DNA of 64,000 nucleotides, from the NCBI GenBank assembly GCA_030704615.1, contig CM060732.1, positions 67,084,001 to 67,148,000 on the forward strand. The letters run 5' to 3'. Both the position numbers and the translations under genes were made by a program. Below the pieces are notes generated by a model. That model had not been told where the DNA came from, made no database searches, and saw only the letters and a list, made by a program, of their open reading frames with translations. Below are positions 37,855 to 49,280 of this stretch, one piece after another (position 1 is the stretch's first letter; each line of letters begins with the position of its first letter). The stretch is from Takakia lepidozioides. Taxonomy: Eukaryota; Plantae; Bryophyta.

Positions 37855-39596
37855 ATGGAACAGCACTTGGGGGAGTTTTTCAAAGATCCTTCACAATGGT
37901 CGGACTACAGGGTTGACAAGGTGCGCCTTCTTCATATAGGATGTGAAGGAATCTGTCATGGAGGTAGTTTGACGGACTCTAATATGATCATATTTATGGA
38001 CTAGATTGTACCCCTAGGTATTGAGTTGACGTAGAATATTTGTTTCTGCAGCAAAAGCTGCTCGTATTGTCAATATTGTAGGGGATTCTCCCGAAGCAGG
38101 GCATCGAAGCAGGATGCCCAAGGGTTTTGTCCTGGATGTTGCAAAGGTGCAAGGGAGGGTTCATGCTTGTGGCTTGGTTAAATCTAGAGATGCTCAGCTG
38201 CAACTTGGTGGTTTTCACAGACCAATGCAAAATCTCCAGACTACAGAAATGAACAGTGCACAGAAGAGGTCCTGTGTATTGAGGGTCAGTTCAATCGTCC
38301 TTGGGTGAAAGAAAAGCTAATTGCCACAACACAAAGTCGAGAGCAGACTGGTGATGGTGAAAGGATATCGGAGTATTGTTCTGACTCTGGTGTGGATGGT
38401 GGAGCTCAATCGAAGCTCGATGGCGAAAGTGAGTGTGACTAGCAATGAGCCTAATTAAAGGGGCAGCCTTATCATTCACAAGCTTGTTTAGCATCTGTAA
38501 GTTTGGATATTTTTCTACATTGCACTACTTCAGGTAGACCCCAGAATGATTTGCTTAATGTTGTCGGAAGCTACACGAGCTCTCCTCCATAAAAGTATCT
38601 GTCGTTTTGATGGTCTGGAGTGTCTGGCATGAAGGTCAACAGTGGAGTATGGAGAAGTGCTGGAAAGAGTTCTTGAAAGATCCTTCACAATGGAGGGACA
38701 ACTGCAATGGCAAGGTGCGGCCTTTTTCATGGATGATGTGAAGAAGTTTCTCTGTTCTGCAAATGTGGATCTACGCAGAAACCATGAAAATGCATTGCCC
38801 AAGGGTTTTCCTTGGTGTTTGCGAGGGTCAGCTAGTTCTTAGGAGGATGTGTTTGAAAGTATGACTGCCCAGCTGCACTCTGGTGGTTTTCACAGACCAA
38901 TCCAAGATCACCAGACTACAGATGTAAGCACCGTGCACAAGAGATCCTTTGGATTGAGGGTTGGTTGAATCCTCTTTGGGTGAAAGAGCTTCCATGACAC
39001 AAGGTCAAGCACAATCTGGTGAAGGCCGTTTCAGCTTATTTTGTCCTCTCATGTGGATTCATCCCTTCTTTTGCTTTTCCGGTTGATCTGTGGTGGTTAC
39101 TACTATTTTTTAAAATGTTACTGCCAATGGGGTTGCAGGCAATTATGCAAAAACCAAAAGCACACACAAGGAGGAGCTTTAGAAGGACTTTTCTCCTAAC
39201 CCCAGTCAATGGTGGGACAATCAAGAAACAAAGGTGAATGTCTGTGACAGTAGAAGTAGAAGCAGAGAGCATGATGCATTGAAAAAACTTCTTGCAAATT
39301 GTGATCTTCCCTCTCTCCCTAACTCATTCTTAAAGTCTTGGCAGCAATTCAGCATACAAATTACTGCATGGTTAGGAGGGCTGGTGTTTGCACATTCAAG
39401 GTTGTCCTTGTTAGCTGTAGCAGCAAGGGGGAAAAATCTATGCATCAGTGTTGTCCAGGCCGAGATAGCTAAAGGAGGCAGGGATAGTGTGGGGGTCCAG
39501 ATCCTTCCGGGAAGGCTGTATTTCAAGCATAAGAGTACCAATGGGCCACTGCAGATGTGTAGCTACAAGAAACCTGCATGGGTAGATGGTCAACTG
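37855..39596 (+). pseudogene. Three tandem OSB-type PDF motifs, each split by a phase-0 intron; partly decayed 5' part of the PPR-DYW locus
   Basis: PDF1 37855-37920|38221-38319 MEQHLGEFFKDPSQWSDYRVDK|TNAKSPDYRNEQCTEEVLCIEGQFNRPWVKEKL; PDF2 38649-38714|38896-38990 MEKCWKEFLKDPSQWRDNCNGK|TNPRSPDYRCKHRAQEILWIEGWLNPLWVKEL; PDF3 39171-39233|39501-39596 EEL*KDFSPNPSQWWDNQETK|ILPGRLYFKHKSTNGPLQMCSYKKPAWVDGQL. Frameshift then TGA at 38995; TAG at 39180. Confidence 0.75.
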
Positions 39597-42500
39597 GAGG
39601 CAGCAGCAGCACGGTTGATAAATTCAGGCACCTCCACCATGACCTCTGCTTTGGAAAGAGAACCAAGAGAGGGAGTCCACAAGATCTCGTCGGGAACTTG
39701 TGGGCATGTGAGGACACTATCTGGGGCAGGACGACTTAAGGAGGCTCTGCACATTTTGAACCAAGGAGGCATTTCAGCAGATTCCGATACTTATGTGTGT
39801 CTCTTGCGGAAGTGCATCAAGATGAAAGGCCTAGATGCAGGAAAGCAGGTTCACGCCCACATTATCCAAACTGGATTCAAGCCAAGTGTGTCTCTATACA
39901 ACACCCTTGTCAACATGTATGTCAAATGTGGGAGTATTGTGGATGCACACCGAGTGTTTGACAGAATGCCTGAACGAGTTTTGATCACGTGGAATACAAT
40001 GATTGCAGGATATATCAAGCAAGGGTGTGGTAGGAACGCCTTGGAGACCTATGAGCAAATGATACAGGAAGGGGTGATGCCTGACCAGATCACATTCACT
40101 TGCGTACTCAAGGCGTGTGCCTCCCTGGCAGCCCTGGAAAAGGGCAAAGAGGTCCATGGTGCCATCATGAAAGCCGGAATAGTACCAAATATGATTCTGA
40201 ATACTACCCTTGTCGACATGTATGCCAAATGTGGGAGTATCACGGATGCAAAGGGAGTGTTCAACAATATGGCTGAACGGGATGTGGTGTCCTGGAATGC
40301 GATGATCTCAGGATTTGCCCAGAAGAGGTGGGGGATGGAGGCTTTGGAGACCTATGAGCAAATGATGTTGGAAGGGCTGTTACCCAACCAGGTCACGTTC
40401 GTTTGCATTCTCAAGGCATGTGCGGGCCTTGCATTCCTGGAAAAGGGCAAAGAGGTCCATGCTGAAATCATGAACTGTGGAATCGTACCAGATATCATTC
40501 TGGACAATACCCTTGTGGACATGTATGCCAAATGTGGAAGCATCAAGGATGCAAAGGGAGTGTTTGACAATATGGCTGAACGAAATGTGGTGTCATGGAG
40601 TGTGATGATTGCAGGATATGTCCAGCATGGATGTGGAATGGAGGCATGGGGGACCTATGAGCAAATGATGCGGGAAGGGGTGAAGCCTGATCGGGTCATG
40701 TTTGTTTGCGTTTGCAATGCGTGTGCAAGCCTGGCAGCCCTGGAAAAGGCAAAAGAGGTCCATGCAGACATTATGGAAGCTGGAATTGTACCAGATCTCA
40801 TTCTGAACAATACCCTCGTGGACATGTATGCCAAATGTGGGAGCATGGAGGATGCAAAGGGAGAGTTTGACAAAATGGCTGAACGGGATTTGGTGTCATG
40901 GAATGCGATGATTGGAGGATATGCTCAGCATGGGTGCGGGATGGAGGCTTTGGCGACCTATGAGCAGATGATGCAGGAAGGGGTGAAGCCCAATCGGGTC
41001 ACGTTCATTTGCCTTTGCAATGCGTGTGCCAGCCAAGCAGCCTTGGAAGAAGGCAAAAATGTCCATGCTGAAATAATGAAAGCTGGAATTGTATCAGATA
41101 TCATTCTGGACACTGCCCTTGTGGACATGTATGCGAAATGCGGAAGCATCGAGAATGCAAAGGGAGTGTTCGAAAATATGTCTGAACGAAATGTGGTATC
41201 ATGGAGTGCAATGATCGCAGGATATGCCCAGCATGGGTTCTGGATGGAGGCTTTCGTGACTTATAAGCAAATGATACGGGAAGGGGTGAAGCCAGACCGG
41301 GTCACATTTGTTTGTGTCTGCAATGTGTGTGGGAGCCTGGCAACCCTGGAAAAGGGCAAAGATGTCCATGCTGACATGATGGAAGCTGGAATTGTACCAG
41401 ATGTCATTCTGAACAATACCCTCATGGACATGTATGCCAAATGCGGGAGCGTCAAGGATGCGAAAGGAGTGTTTGACAATATGACTGAACGGAATGTGGT
41501 GTCATGGACTGCAATGATTGCAGGATATGCCCAACATGGGTGCGGGATGGAAGCTTTGGAGACCTATGAACAAATGATGCAAGGAGGGATGAAGCCTGAT
41601 CGGGTCATATTCATTTGCGCTTGCAATGTGTGTGCAAGCCTGGCAGCCTTGGGAAAGGGCAAAGACATCCATGCTGACATCAAGAAAGCTGGAATTGTAC
41701 CTGATGTGATTTTGGACACGGCCCTGGTGGACATGTATGCAAAATGTGGGAGCATTGAGGACGCAAAGGGAGTGTTCAACAACATGGCTGAACGAAATGT
41801 AGTGTCATGGAGTGCGATGATTGCCGGATATGCGCAGCATGGTTGTCGTAGGGAGGCCCTGCAACTATTTGAAGGAATGCAAAAGGAAGGCTTGAAACCA
41901 AACAGTATCACCTTTATATGTGTTCTCCAAGCATGTAGCCATGGGGGCCTAGTGGAGGAAGGCAGACACTACTTTGATTCTCTGAGTCGGGAGCACGGCC
42001 TCACCCGTACAGTGGAGCACTTTGGCTGCATGGTGGACCTCCTTGGCCGCGCAGGCCAATTGGTTGAGGCTGAGGACTTCATTAACAGAATGCCATTACA
42101 GCCTAATGTTGTGGTGTGGAAAGCCTTGCTTGGTGCATGCAGAATTCATGGCAATGTGGAGGTGGCAGAACGTGCGGCAAAATCTATTCTCAAGTGGGAT
42201 GGACAGGATGCCACAACTTACGTGTTGCTATCAAATATCTATGCCGCAGCTGGCAGGTGGGACGAAACTGCAAAGGTGAGGAAAATGATGAAAGTCAGAG
42301 GTGTCAGGAAGCAACCAGGTTGCTGCTGCATTGAGGTCAGCAACGGGTTGCACACATTTGTTGTAGATGACAAATTACATCCACAAATTGATGAAATCCA
42401 TGCTGAGCTGAGAAGATTGTCTGGGCAGATGAAGGAGGCAGGGTATGTGCCTGACACACGCTTCGTGTTGCATGAGGTGGAGGAGGAGCAAAAGGAATTG

Positions 42501-42722
42501 TCTCTTTGCCACCACAGTGAGAAGTTGGCCATTGCTTTTGGGCTGATCAGCACAGCCCCAGGGACGCCTCTTCGTGTTATCAAGAACCTTCGAGTATGTG
42601 GTGACTGCCACACGGCCACCAAGTTCATTTCAAAGATTGTTGGGCGAGCAATTGTTGTGCGGGATGCCAACCGCTTTCACCACTTTGAAGATGGAGTTTG
42701 TTCTTGTGGGGAGTACTGGTGA
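39555..42722 (+). CDS. PLS-class PPR protein with E1-E2-DYW deaminase domain (organellar C-to-U editing factor)
   Basis: Uninterrupted frame from 39183 to 42722; ~24 P/L/S motifs in 303-nt triplets; PG box KQPGCCCIEV, HSEKLA, CGDCH, terminal CSCGEYW. The start codon is uncertain (first in-frame ATG is 39555). Confidence 0.95.
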   Translation: MCSYKKPAWVDGQLEAAAARLINSGTSTMTSALEREPREGVHKISSGTCGHVRTLSGAGRLKEALHILNQGGISADSDTYVCLLRKCIKMKGLDAGKQVHAHIIQTGFKPSVSLYNTLVNMYVKCGSIVDAHRVFDRMPERVLITWNTMIAGYIKQGCGRNALETYEQMIQEGVMPDQITFTCVLKACASLAALEKGKEVHGAIMKAGIVPNMILNTTLVDMYAKCGSITDAKGVFNNMAERDVVSWNAMISGFAQKRWGMEALETYEQMMLEGLLPNQVTFVCILKACAGLAFLEKGKEVHAEIMNCGIVPDIILDNTLVDMYAKCGSIKDAKGVFDNMAERNVVSWSVMIAGYVQHGCGMEAWGTYEQMMREGVKPDRVMFVCVCNACASLAALEKAKEVHADIMEAGIVPDLILNNTLVDMYAKCGSMEDAKGEFDKMAERDLVSWNAMIGGYAQHGCGMEALATYEQMMQEGVKPNRVTFICLCNACASQAALEEGKNVHAEIMKAGIVSDIILDTALVDMYAKCGSIENAKGVFENMSERNVVSWSAMIAGYAQHGFWMEAFVTYKQMIREGVKPDRVTFVCVCNVCGSLATLEKGKDVHADMMEAGIVPDVILNNTLMDMYAKCGSVKDAKGVFDNMTERNVVSWTAMIAGYAQHGCGMEALETYEQMMQGGMKPDRVIFICACNVCASLAALGKGKDIHADIKKAGIVPDVILDTALVDMYAKCGSIEDAKGVFNNMAERNVVSWSAMIAGYAQHGCRREALQLFEGMQKEGLKPNSITFICVLQACSHGGLVEEGRHYFDSLSREHGLTRTVEHFGCMVDLLGRAGQLVEAEDFINRMPLQPNVVVWKALLGACRIHGNVEVAERAAKSILKWDGQDATTYVLLSNIYAAAGRWDETAKVRKMMKVRGVRKQPGCCCIEVSNGLHTFVVDDKLHPQIDEIHAELRRLSGQMKEAGYVPDTRFVLHEVEEEQKELSLCHHSEKLAIAFGLISTAPGTPLRVIKNLRVCGDCHTATKFISKIVGRAIVVRDANRFHHFEDGVCSCGEYW

Positions 42723-43590
42723 AACGATGTTTTTCTTGTAGTGTGTGTATGCTTCTGTTTTGTTCATGTACTGTTCCCTGGGATGTTGGTTATGACTTTC
42801 ATCCATGCCATATCAACCCTCCAAGAGCCTATTGTGAAGGTTTATCCACCAGGAAGTTGAAACTAAGCTTTACAGGGTGGCCCAGATCATGCTAGCAAAC
42901 AAAATGTGGATTCCTAATGTGGCCATAGATGTGACATGTGACTGTCATTGGACTGCACGGTTGTCTTGGAAAGAGTGTTACATAGCATGTCAACTCCTCT
43001 ACCCAGATCTGCCTACACACCTCCTTGTACATATCCTTCCTGGAAAAGCGTTGTTTAGGTCTTCTTAGTGGCAATCAGATGCACATTAGGTAGGCCCTTC
43101 ACACAAACAGATTTTCCTCCTCACTTTCATATACTAGGAAGTAAAGATTGAGTCGGAGTGCTCTAGTGTCTCCTTAAAGGTAACTCCTTCCATGTCTCCT
43201 TTTTCAGCTCTGGTTTGGTTTCCTCCCATTTTGTCCCATAAGCTCTTTGAGCTTTCCGTGGACACTATAAAGTACCATTTCATCTCATTGCATTTCATGA
43301 AGGTATCCCTCAAACCCATTCAGAACAAAACAGCCAGAGTATGTGTACAAAACCAACACATACAATCAAATTTGAGGCTTGAGAGAGCTCAAAACCCGGT
43401 ACCTTAGTAGCATTCCCTCTGCTTCACACTAGTTAACAATGCCACCTCTGCAGCAGGTCATACTGTGAGGCCCTTTCAGCCATTTTCTCAGCAATAGGTA
43501 TAAAACTCAGCTAGCAACAAGCACCTCCAAGTGTTCATAGATGAAGTGTAGAGCTAGTGGGGCAACGTAAGCACTTCACAGTGTCCACTC

Positions 43591-44096
43591 CAGTGTTGGT
43601 CTGGTATATAGGTGAAGGACTGGTATAAAATACTGGTATATGCACTGGTATTAGATACCAGACCAGTCTGGTATCATTTGGGTGAATACTGGGTCATATA
43701 CCAGACCAGGCTGGTATCAGTTTTTTCATACCCGCCACAATACCAGTACTTCCCCGCCGTCTTCCTCATTTACTCTGGTATGTATACTGTATTAATTTAT
43801 GTGTATATATGCCTACATACTTGTACTTATGTATATTTATTTCTTTATTTATATTGTATTTGTTTTCACTTGATACTTGCTAGTGATAAACTTGTAATTC
43901 AAGATGGCTTTGGAATGATACCAGAATTGATATCTCGTACCAGCTGGTATTGTGGTCATGATACTTATACGCATACCAGTATGTAGAGAATTATACATCC
44001 ACCATTATATAGACCAGACTGGTATAATTTTTTTGTGATACGTCTGGTACCAGGACCAGTCTGGTATGTCCTAACACTGATACCAGAACAACACTG
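43591..44096. mobile_element. Non-autonomous hAT element (MITE, 506 bp)
   Basis: TIRs cagtgttggtctggtat / ataccagaacaacactg; perfect 8-bp TSD GTCCACTC at 43583-43590 and 44097-44104; many CTGGTA/TACCAG subterminal motifs. Confidence 0.93.
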
Positions 44097-44400
44097 GTCC
44101 ACTCACTGCATTACTTCAAAGTGTCTAAAGAGTTTGGGTGAGTAGCTTGCTTGTACACAAGCCACATGTTACAAGTTAGCTTGGCATGGGTATATATTCA
44201 TTTGCACTTGGGCTCTGCCCCTTTTACAGCCTGAATTGCCAGCCTTACTCAGTAATCTGTGAGATGAAAGCTGAGAAGAAATACTATCGTTCTGACCTTG
44301 GCCACTAGGAATCTCCAAGTTGCATGGTAGGTACTAATGTGTATACTAGTTCAAAACAGTATTAAGGTGCCTAATCTCTCTTAAAAACTGATGTCGTCAT

Positions 44401-46502
44401 TCACGCAGTCGCATTTGGGGAAAGGTGATAGAGATGGCGCGGTAAGCGTGGTTTCACAGACACCACGAGATCAATTGCTGGAGGAGCTACAAGCCCTGGC
44501 TTTTCAGTCATGTCAAAGGAATCTGAAGTCTTCGAGAAAGAAGCCCACTCGAAGCCGTGGAGAAGACTTGCAAGAACAATGTGAACTACAGCCAGGGCGA
44601 GATGTGCGCCTGGGCATTGACGCCTACCTACAGAGAATGGTAAGAACTGAAAGTCGCGCCCGAACATAGTTAAGTCAGAGTCCTTGAATCTGTCTGGGGA
44701 AAAATCAAGTGGGTTCTCCCATTTTGAGGGGTCCCTACCAATGGCCCAGATGTTGATAATGGCAGTGGTGTTTGCAGGGAGGTCATATCCTGCCACTTTG
44801 GAAGCCTCCTTGCATGAATGTGGAATGCCAAGCGGGGCAGGTGGGTGGAGTCGTAGTGTCTCTTTCACAATTGTTTGCAGGAAGGGGAGGTTTGGGATGT
44901 CCGACGCGTCCACAAGGCGATCTTTCCCCACAACAGTGTCAAGCTCATCCTGCGCTCTTTTCAGGAATTGTGGGTGGTTGAGAAGTTCGGCTAGAGCCCA
45001 CTCTGTAGTGACCGATGTGGTGTCACTACCTGCAATTATGAAGTCCTGCAGACAAATGATCATGGCATAAACATTGTTAAACTGATGAGCATTGGTGAAG
45101 GTGGCGACATCCCGAACTTCGAAATTCAACCCCTATTCAACGATAGTGCTCGACAACACATATCGAATCAACGATGGATCAGTACGTAAGTGACAATTCT
45201 GAAGTTTGGCTTGGAATAAGATTCTGCGGATTCTGCAAGCTTACGTAATTGGACTGGTTAACGACCAAGCAATCGAGGTGTGGCTCTTGTAATAATTGTG
45301 TATCTTTTAGTTCTAACTCACATAGAGAATGCTGGTCAATGTCTCCTCCGATAGTTTGGCATCTCCCTCCAGCGCTAAGAGAACGTCCATTACGTTGAAC
45401 TTCACTGCATCTGTGGTCTTGTCGCCCTCCGTTCTGTGCTTCTCAATAAGCTCCCTTCCAACCTTTCGCATACGATCTTTCACTTTCTTCATACTAGCTT
45501 GAACTCCCTACGCCCAATCAAGTCACAAAGCTCATCTCTTTTTGGCATCTCCAAATTGCGAATTATGTAAGTTCAAGATTCAGTGCCACATCGCATACAT
45601 TATAGTCCTGATCCCGTTTTGCTCACACCGATATGTGCTCGGTGAACAATATCAATTTTGTCAAGTATCTAGACTTGTGTACAACTGAAATCACAAGAAT
45701 ACTGCATCCAGATGACCGTGACTTCGTGCAAAGGATTTACCTGAAAGTCAAGCCACCGAAAGATGGGTACGAAATCCCCAATGAAAAACGTCCCCGCTAA
45801 TTCAACTGCGTCCTTCACCACTGACTTCAGCTCACTCATCTCTTCCAGGGCGAGACATGAATCGGCGCCCAAATTGGTTGGCTTGGCAAATATCATTCGT
45901 ATGAAGTTATTTATACCCATAGCCAGCAGTTTTGATGAAATATTGATACCTCCATCTCTTTCATCAAAACTTCTTAAAATTGATTGCAGCAGCAAACGGA
46001 CTTCGGTCTGCCGGAGATCCTGCGTTATGGCCACCATTTTGGGGGAGAGAAGCTCATGGGTATAGATTTTTCTCAAACGTGTGTACACTGGCCCGTAAGA
46101 TTGGAATACCACGTTACTGTAATCGAAACCGAAGTACTTACCCGCTAAATTGTGGGGCCTTGATGCGAAATTCTGGTCATGATTTTTGATGAGTTCCTCG
46201 GCCATTTCAGCATTGGAGATGAGAACAGTGGGACTTGACCCCAACCACATGAACATCAGAGGTCCATATTCTTCAGCCAAACGAGCAAATGTTCGGTGGG
46301 CGACCTCTTCAGGGTTCATGCGAAATAGAGACCCGAAAATAGGCCATGGACGTGGGCCAGGCGGGGTCTTGTTTCTCAGTGAGAAGAGTGGGCGCCCAAA
46401 GCTGATAACTACAAGTAGCAGAAGAGATATCATGGTTAAAAGGAGGTAATGCCTACCTTCCTCGGCCTCCTTCCACACACCATCCATACTGAAATTTGCC
46501 AT
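44401..46502 (-). CDS. Cytochrome P450, CYP71 clan (~530 aa), paralog of 20605-23013
   Basis: Exons 46502-45741, 45507-45322 and 45045-44401 join in frame; TPPGPRPWP, AGSDTT, ETLR, PDRF, FSVGRRQCPG. Confidence 0.95.
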
Positions 46503-46552
46503 GCCGGCCAAGTTATCGCTTGCAAGTTGCTCAACCAGCTCTAGCTCGATCT

Positions 46553-46778
46553 CTTTGGATAATTTCCTGAGCTCTTGCAAGCCTGTCACTCTTGATCATC
46601 AGCTTGCAGACTAGTATTGATCATCGATGTCTAGAGTCCTTGAAGCTACCTTTCGCTCTAAGTTGCTCTTTGGATAATTTCTTTATCTAGACTGTGCTTG
46701 CAAGCCTTTCACTCTTCACCTTGCAGACTAATATTGACCATCGATACACTAGCACGTTTGAAGCTGCCTTTCGCTCCC
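46553..46778. repeat. ~115-bp tandem duplication immediately 5' of the P450 start
   Basis: ctttggataatttc..cttgcaagcct..cttgcagacta.tattga.catcgat..gaagct.cctttcgctc at 46553 and 46669. Confidence 0.8.
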
Positions 46779-47913
46779 CTCGACCTACTCAAACAGCCGA
46801 ACTACAGGAAACTGTGGGCATTCGCTTAGCTGCTAGCTGACTTAAGCCTCTTATATTTCAGTGGACCTACTCGTTGGTATCCTTGTCAACCCAGTCTTTG
46901 AATCAATGGAGTCTTTCTGCATGCATTCCCGTGTTTGTTCACCCAATATTTCCCTCTCCTCCCACACTGGCACATCCACACTAGCACACTTGAATCAGAT
47001 CGCTGGGCGGATCCTGCAGCTTTCAGTCACTAACAGGCTTCATACATATTCATGTCTCAGAATTTCCTTCTGCTCCTACAACCGCCTCCAAATTTGAGTC
47101 AGAGCCTCTTTCAGTATATATACACAATGTAAAGTTAACACACATATCCTCTGTACATGCATGATAGTGAGACTCGTCGTGTAAGCGGAAATGTTCCGTG
47201 TTTCCCTCACTGGGATTCCGAAAGTTGGCGGGTTAGAACTTTAAAATGTCGTAAAGCAAAGCACTACCGAAACATTTCCCCTGCCCAGATTACCGAAATG
47301 ACCTCGCTGGACGACTGTTATCCACTATCGCCGGGGCAGAGCAAGAGGGACGTAATGCAGGCAGGGGATATTCTGCTTTGGAGGTCACTGTGTTTACACT
47401 GAGGATTTTGAGGCGTGTTTTACACGTAACATAAAGCGGCAACTAACACAAAAAGCCCTGCATGCCTACGTGGTCCCCCGCTCACCAATAGCCCACCGAG
47501 TCCCTTAATATGGCACTCCTGCGACGTTGTGTAATTGTTGTCCCCTAGGACCTAGAGAGAGATGACTCGGGCCGGCCTAACTATGAGTCACTTCACCTTG
47601 CGACTAGTGCCCCCTTTGAGGCTTGGGCTCTTATGTCATGGGGACTAGGGTAGTGTGCCGTTGGCACAAGTGTCTAGTGTCATCTAAGTCCAAGTGCAAT
47701 CCCCTATGTATTCCAAGTGCATCTCCAAAATTGTCTATGAGTGAATGAAAAAGGTTGTATGTTGTTTAGTAGGTTGTTCTAGGAAAGCCCACTTTGCTAT
47801 TTTTCACGAATTTCCAGCAACCAAAAGTACTTGAAATTCCATATCTCCCACACCGCAGGTTCAAAAATTATGAGACCAAGTCAATGCACCCCTCCTCATC
47901 AAGCGCTCTCCAA

Positions 47914-48152
47914 CGCACCTCAACCATGACCACAGCTTTTGAAAGAGGATCAAGAGAGGGAGTCGACAATGTCTCTTCTGCTAGGCATGTGAAGATGCTT
48001 TGTGAGGCAGGCATGCAGACTACAGACTTTAAACCAACAAGGCATTTCAGCAAATTCAGATACGTATGTCTGTCTCTTGCTTAAGTGCATCAAGATGGAA
48101 GGTCTCGAAGCTGGAAACAGGTGCACACTCACATTATCCAAAGTGGATTCAT
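47914..48152 (+). pseudogene. Truncated diverged copy of the PPR-DYW 5' region
   Basis: Aligns with 39628-39880 (TSTMT.A.ER..REGV; NQ.GISA.SDTYVCLL.KCIKM.GL.AG); frameshifted; ends within the first L motif. Confidence 0.85.
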
Positions 48153-48544
48153 CAACAGCACACCTCACAAACCCAACTCACATATGTCCGTTATGTCATC
48201 CAACCTCTAGACACACCTAATATCATATCACGCCAAATGTTTTTCTACTCAACACCCTTGTCATGTGTTGAGCATAGGAACTAGTGTGATAAGTTGAGTT
48301 GGGTGTTTCCTAGAACAAATCTAGGCTGTCATTGTCAGCTGCTAGCAGCAAAGCAAGGATGTATGCATGATTTGTGCATAGGCATGGATATAAGCTGAAG
48401 GAGCAGGTAGAGTGTGGGTCCAGGTTCATCCAAGAGGACCGGATTTCAAGCACCACGGCTGAGGCCATGCGGTGTGGGAGATCTCAACACTACAAACAAA
48501 ACAAACAAACAAACAAACAAACAACTACCTTGCCTCATATAATC

Positions 48545-49280
48545 ACTAGGGTAGCCTATGCCGACGGCCCAAGTGTCCACTGTCATCTAAGTCCAAGTGT
48601 AATCCCCTATGTATCCAAGTGCGTCTCCTATGTCGAGGCCCAAATTTGACCTCTAGGATAGCATGTGCCGTTGGCCCAATTGTCTAGTGTCATCTAAGCC
48701 CAAGTGCAAGATTTCATATGTACCCAGTGTGTCTCATATGTCAAGGCCCAAGTGCGACCTCTATGATAGCCTGCGCGCCATTGGCCCAAGCGTCCCATGT
48801 GTGAAGAATTAAAATCTAAGCCCAAGTGCAATCTCCTATGTATTCAAGTGCTTTTCCCATGTAGCGGCCCAAGTGCGACCTCTATGATAGCCGAGGCCCA
48901 AGTGCGACCTTTAGTGTAGCCTTTGTCGTTGGCCCATGTGTAAAGAATTGAAATCTAAGGCCAAGTGCAATTTCCTATGTATCCAAGTGCGTCTCCTACG
49001 TCGAGGCACAACTAAGCCCAAGTGCAATCTTCTCTAAGCCCAAGTGCAATCTTCTATTCATGTATCCTGGTGCATCTCCCACGTAGAGGCCCAAGTGTCC
49101 AATGTCATCTAAGCCCAAGAACAATCTCCTATGTATCCAAGGGTGTATTCCATGTGCGTCTCCTATGTCGAGGCCCATCTAAGCTGAGTGTGCAATCTCA
49201 TATGTACCCAAGTACATCTACCATGTCAAGGCCCCATTTAATTTTTTCAGCCACGTGTCCAATGTCATCTAAATCCAAAT
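48545..49280. repeat. Degenerate satellite-like array built on CCAAGTG cores (~100-bp units); single unit also at 47645-47730
   Basis: Recurrent ggcccaagtg..catctaagcccaagtgcaat..cctatgtatccaagtgcgtctcctatgtcga. Confidence 0.85.

Noticed and set aside
39234-39500. GTG-initiated N-terminus given by the ORF track
   Set aside because: The GT is the donor of an intron positioned as in PDF1 and PDF2; the segment splits the PDF3 motif and ends in CAG.
40049-41911. Repeated 63-115 aa minus-strand ORFs
   Set aside because: Antisense shadows of the 303-nt PPR triplets.
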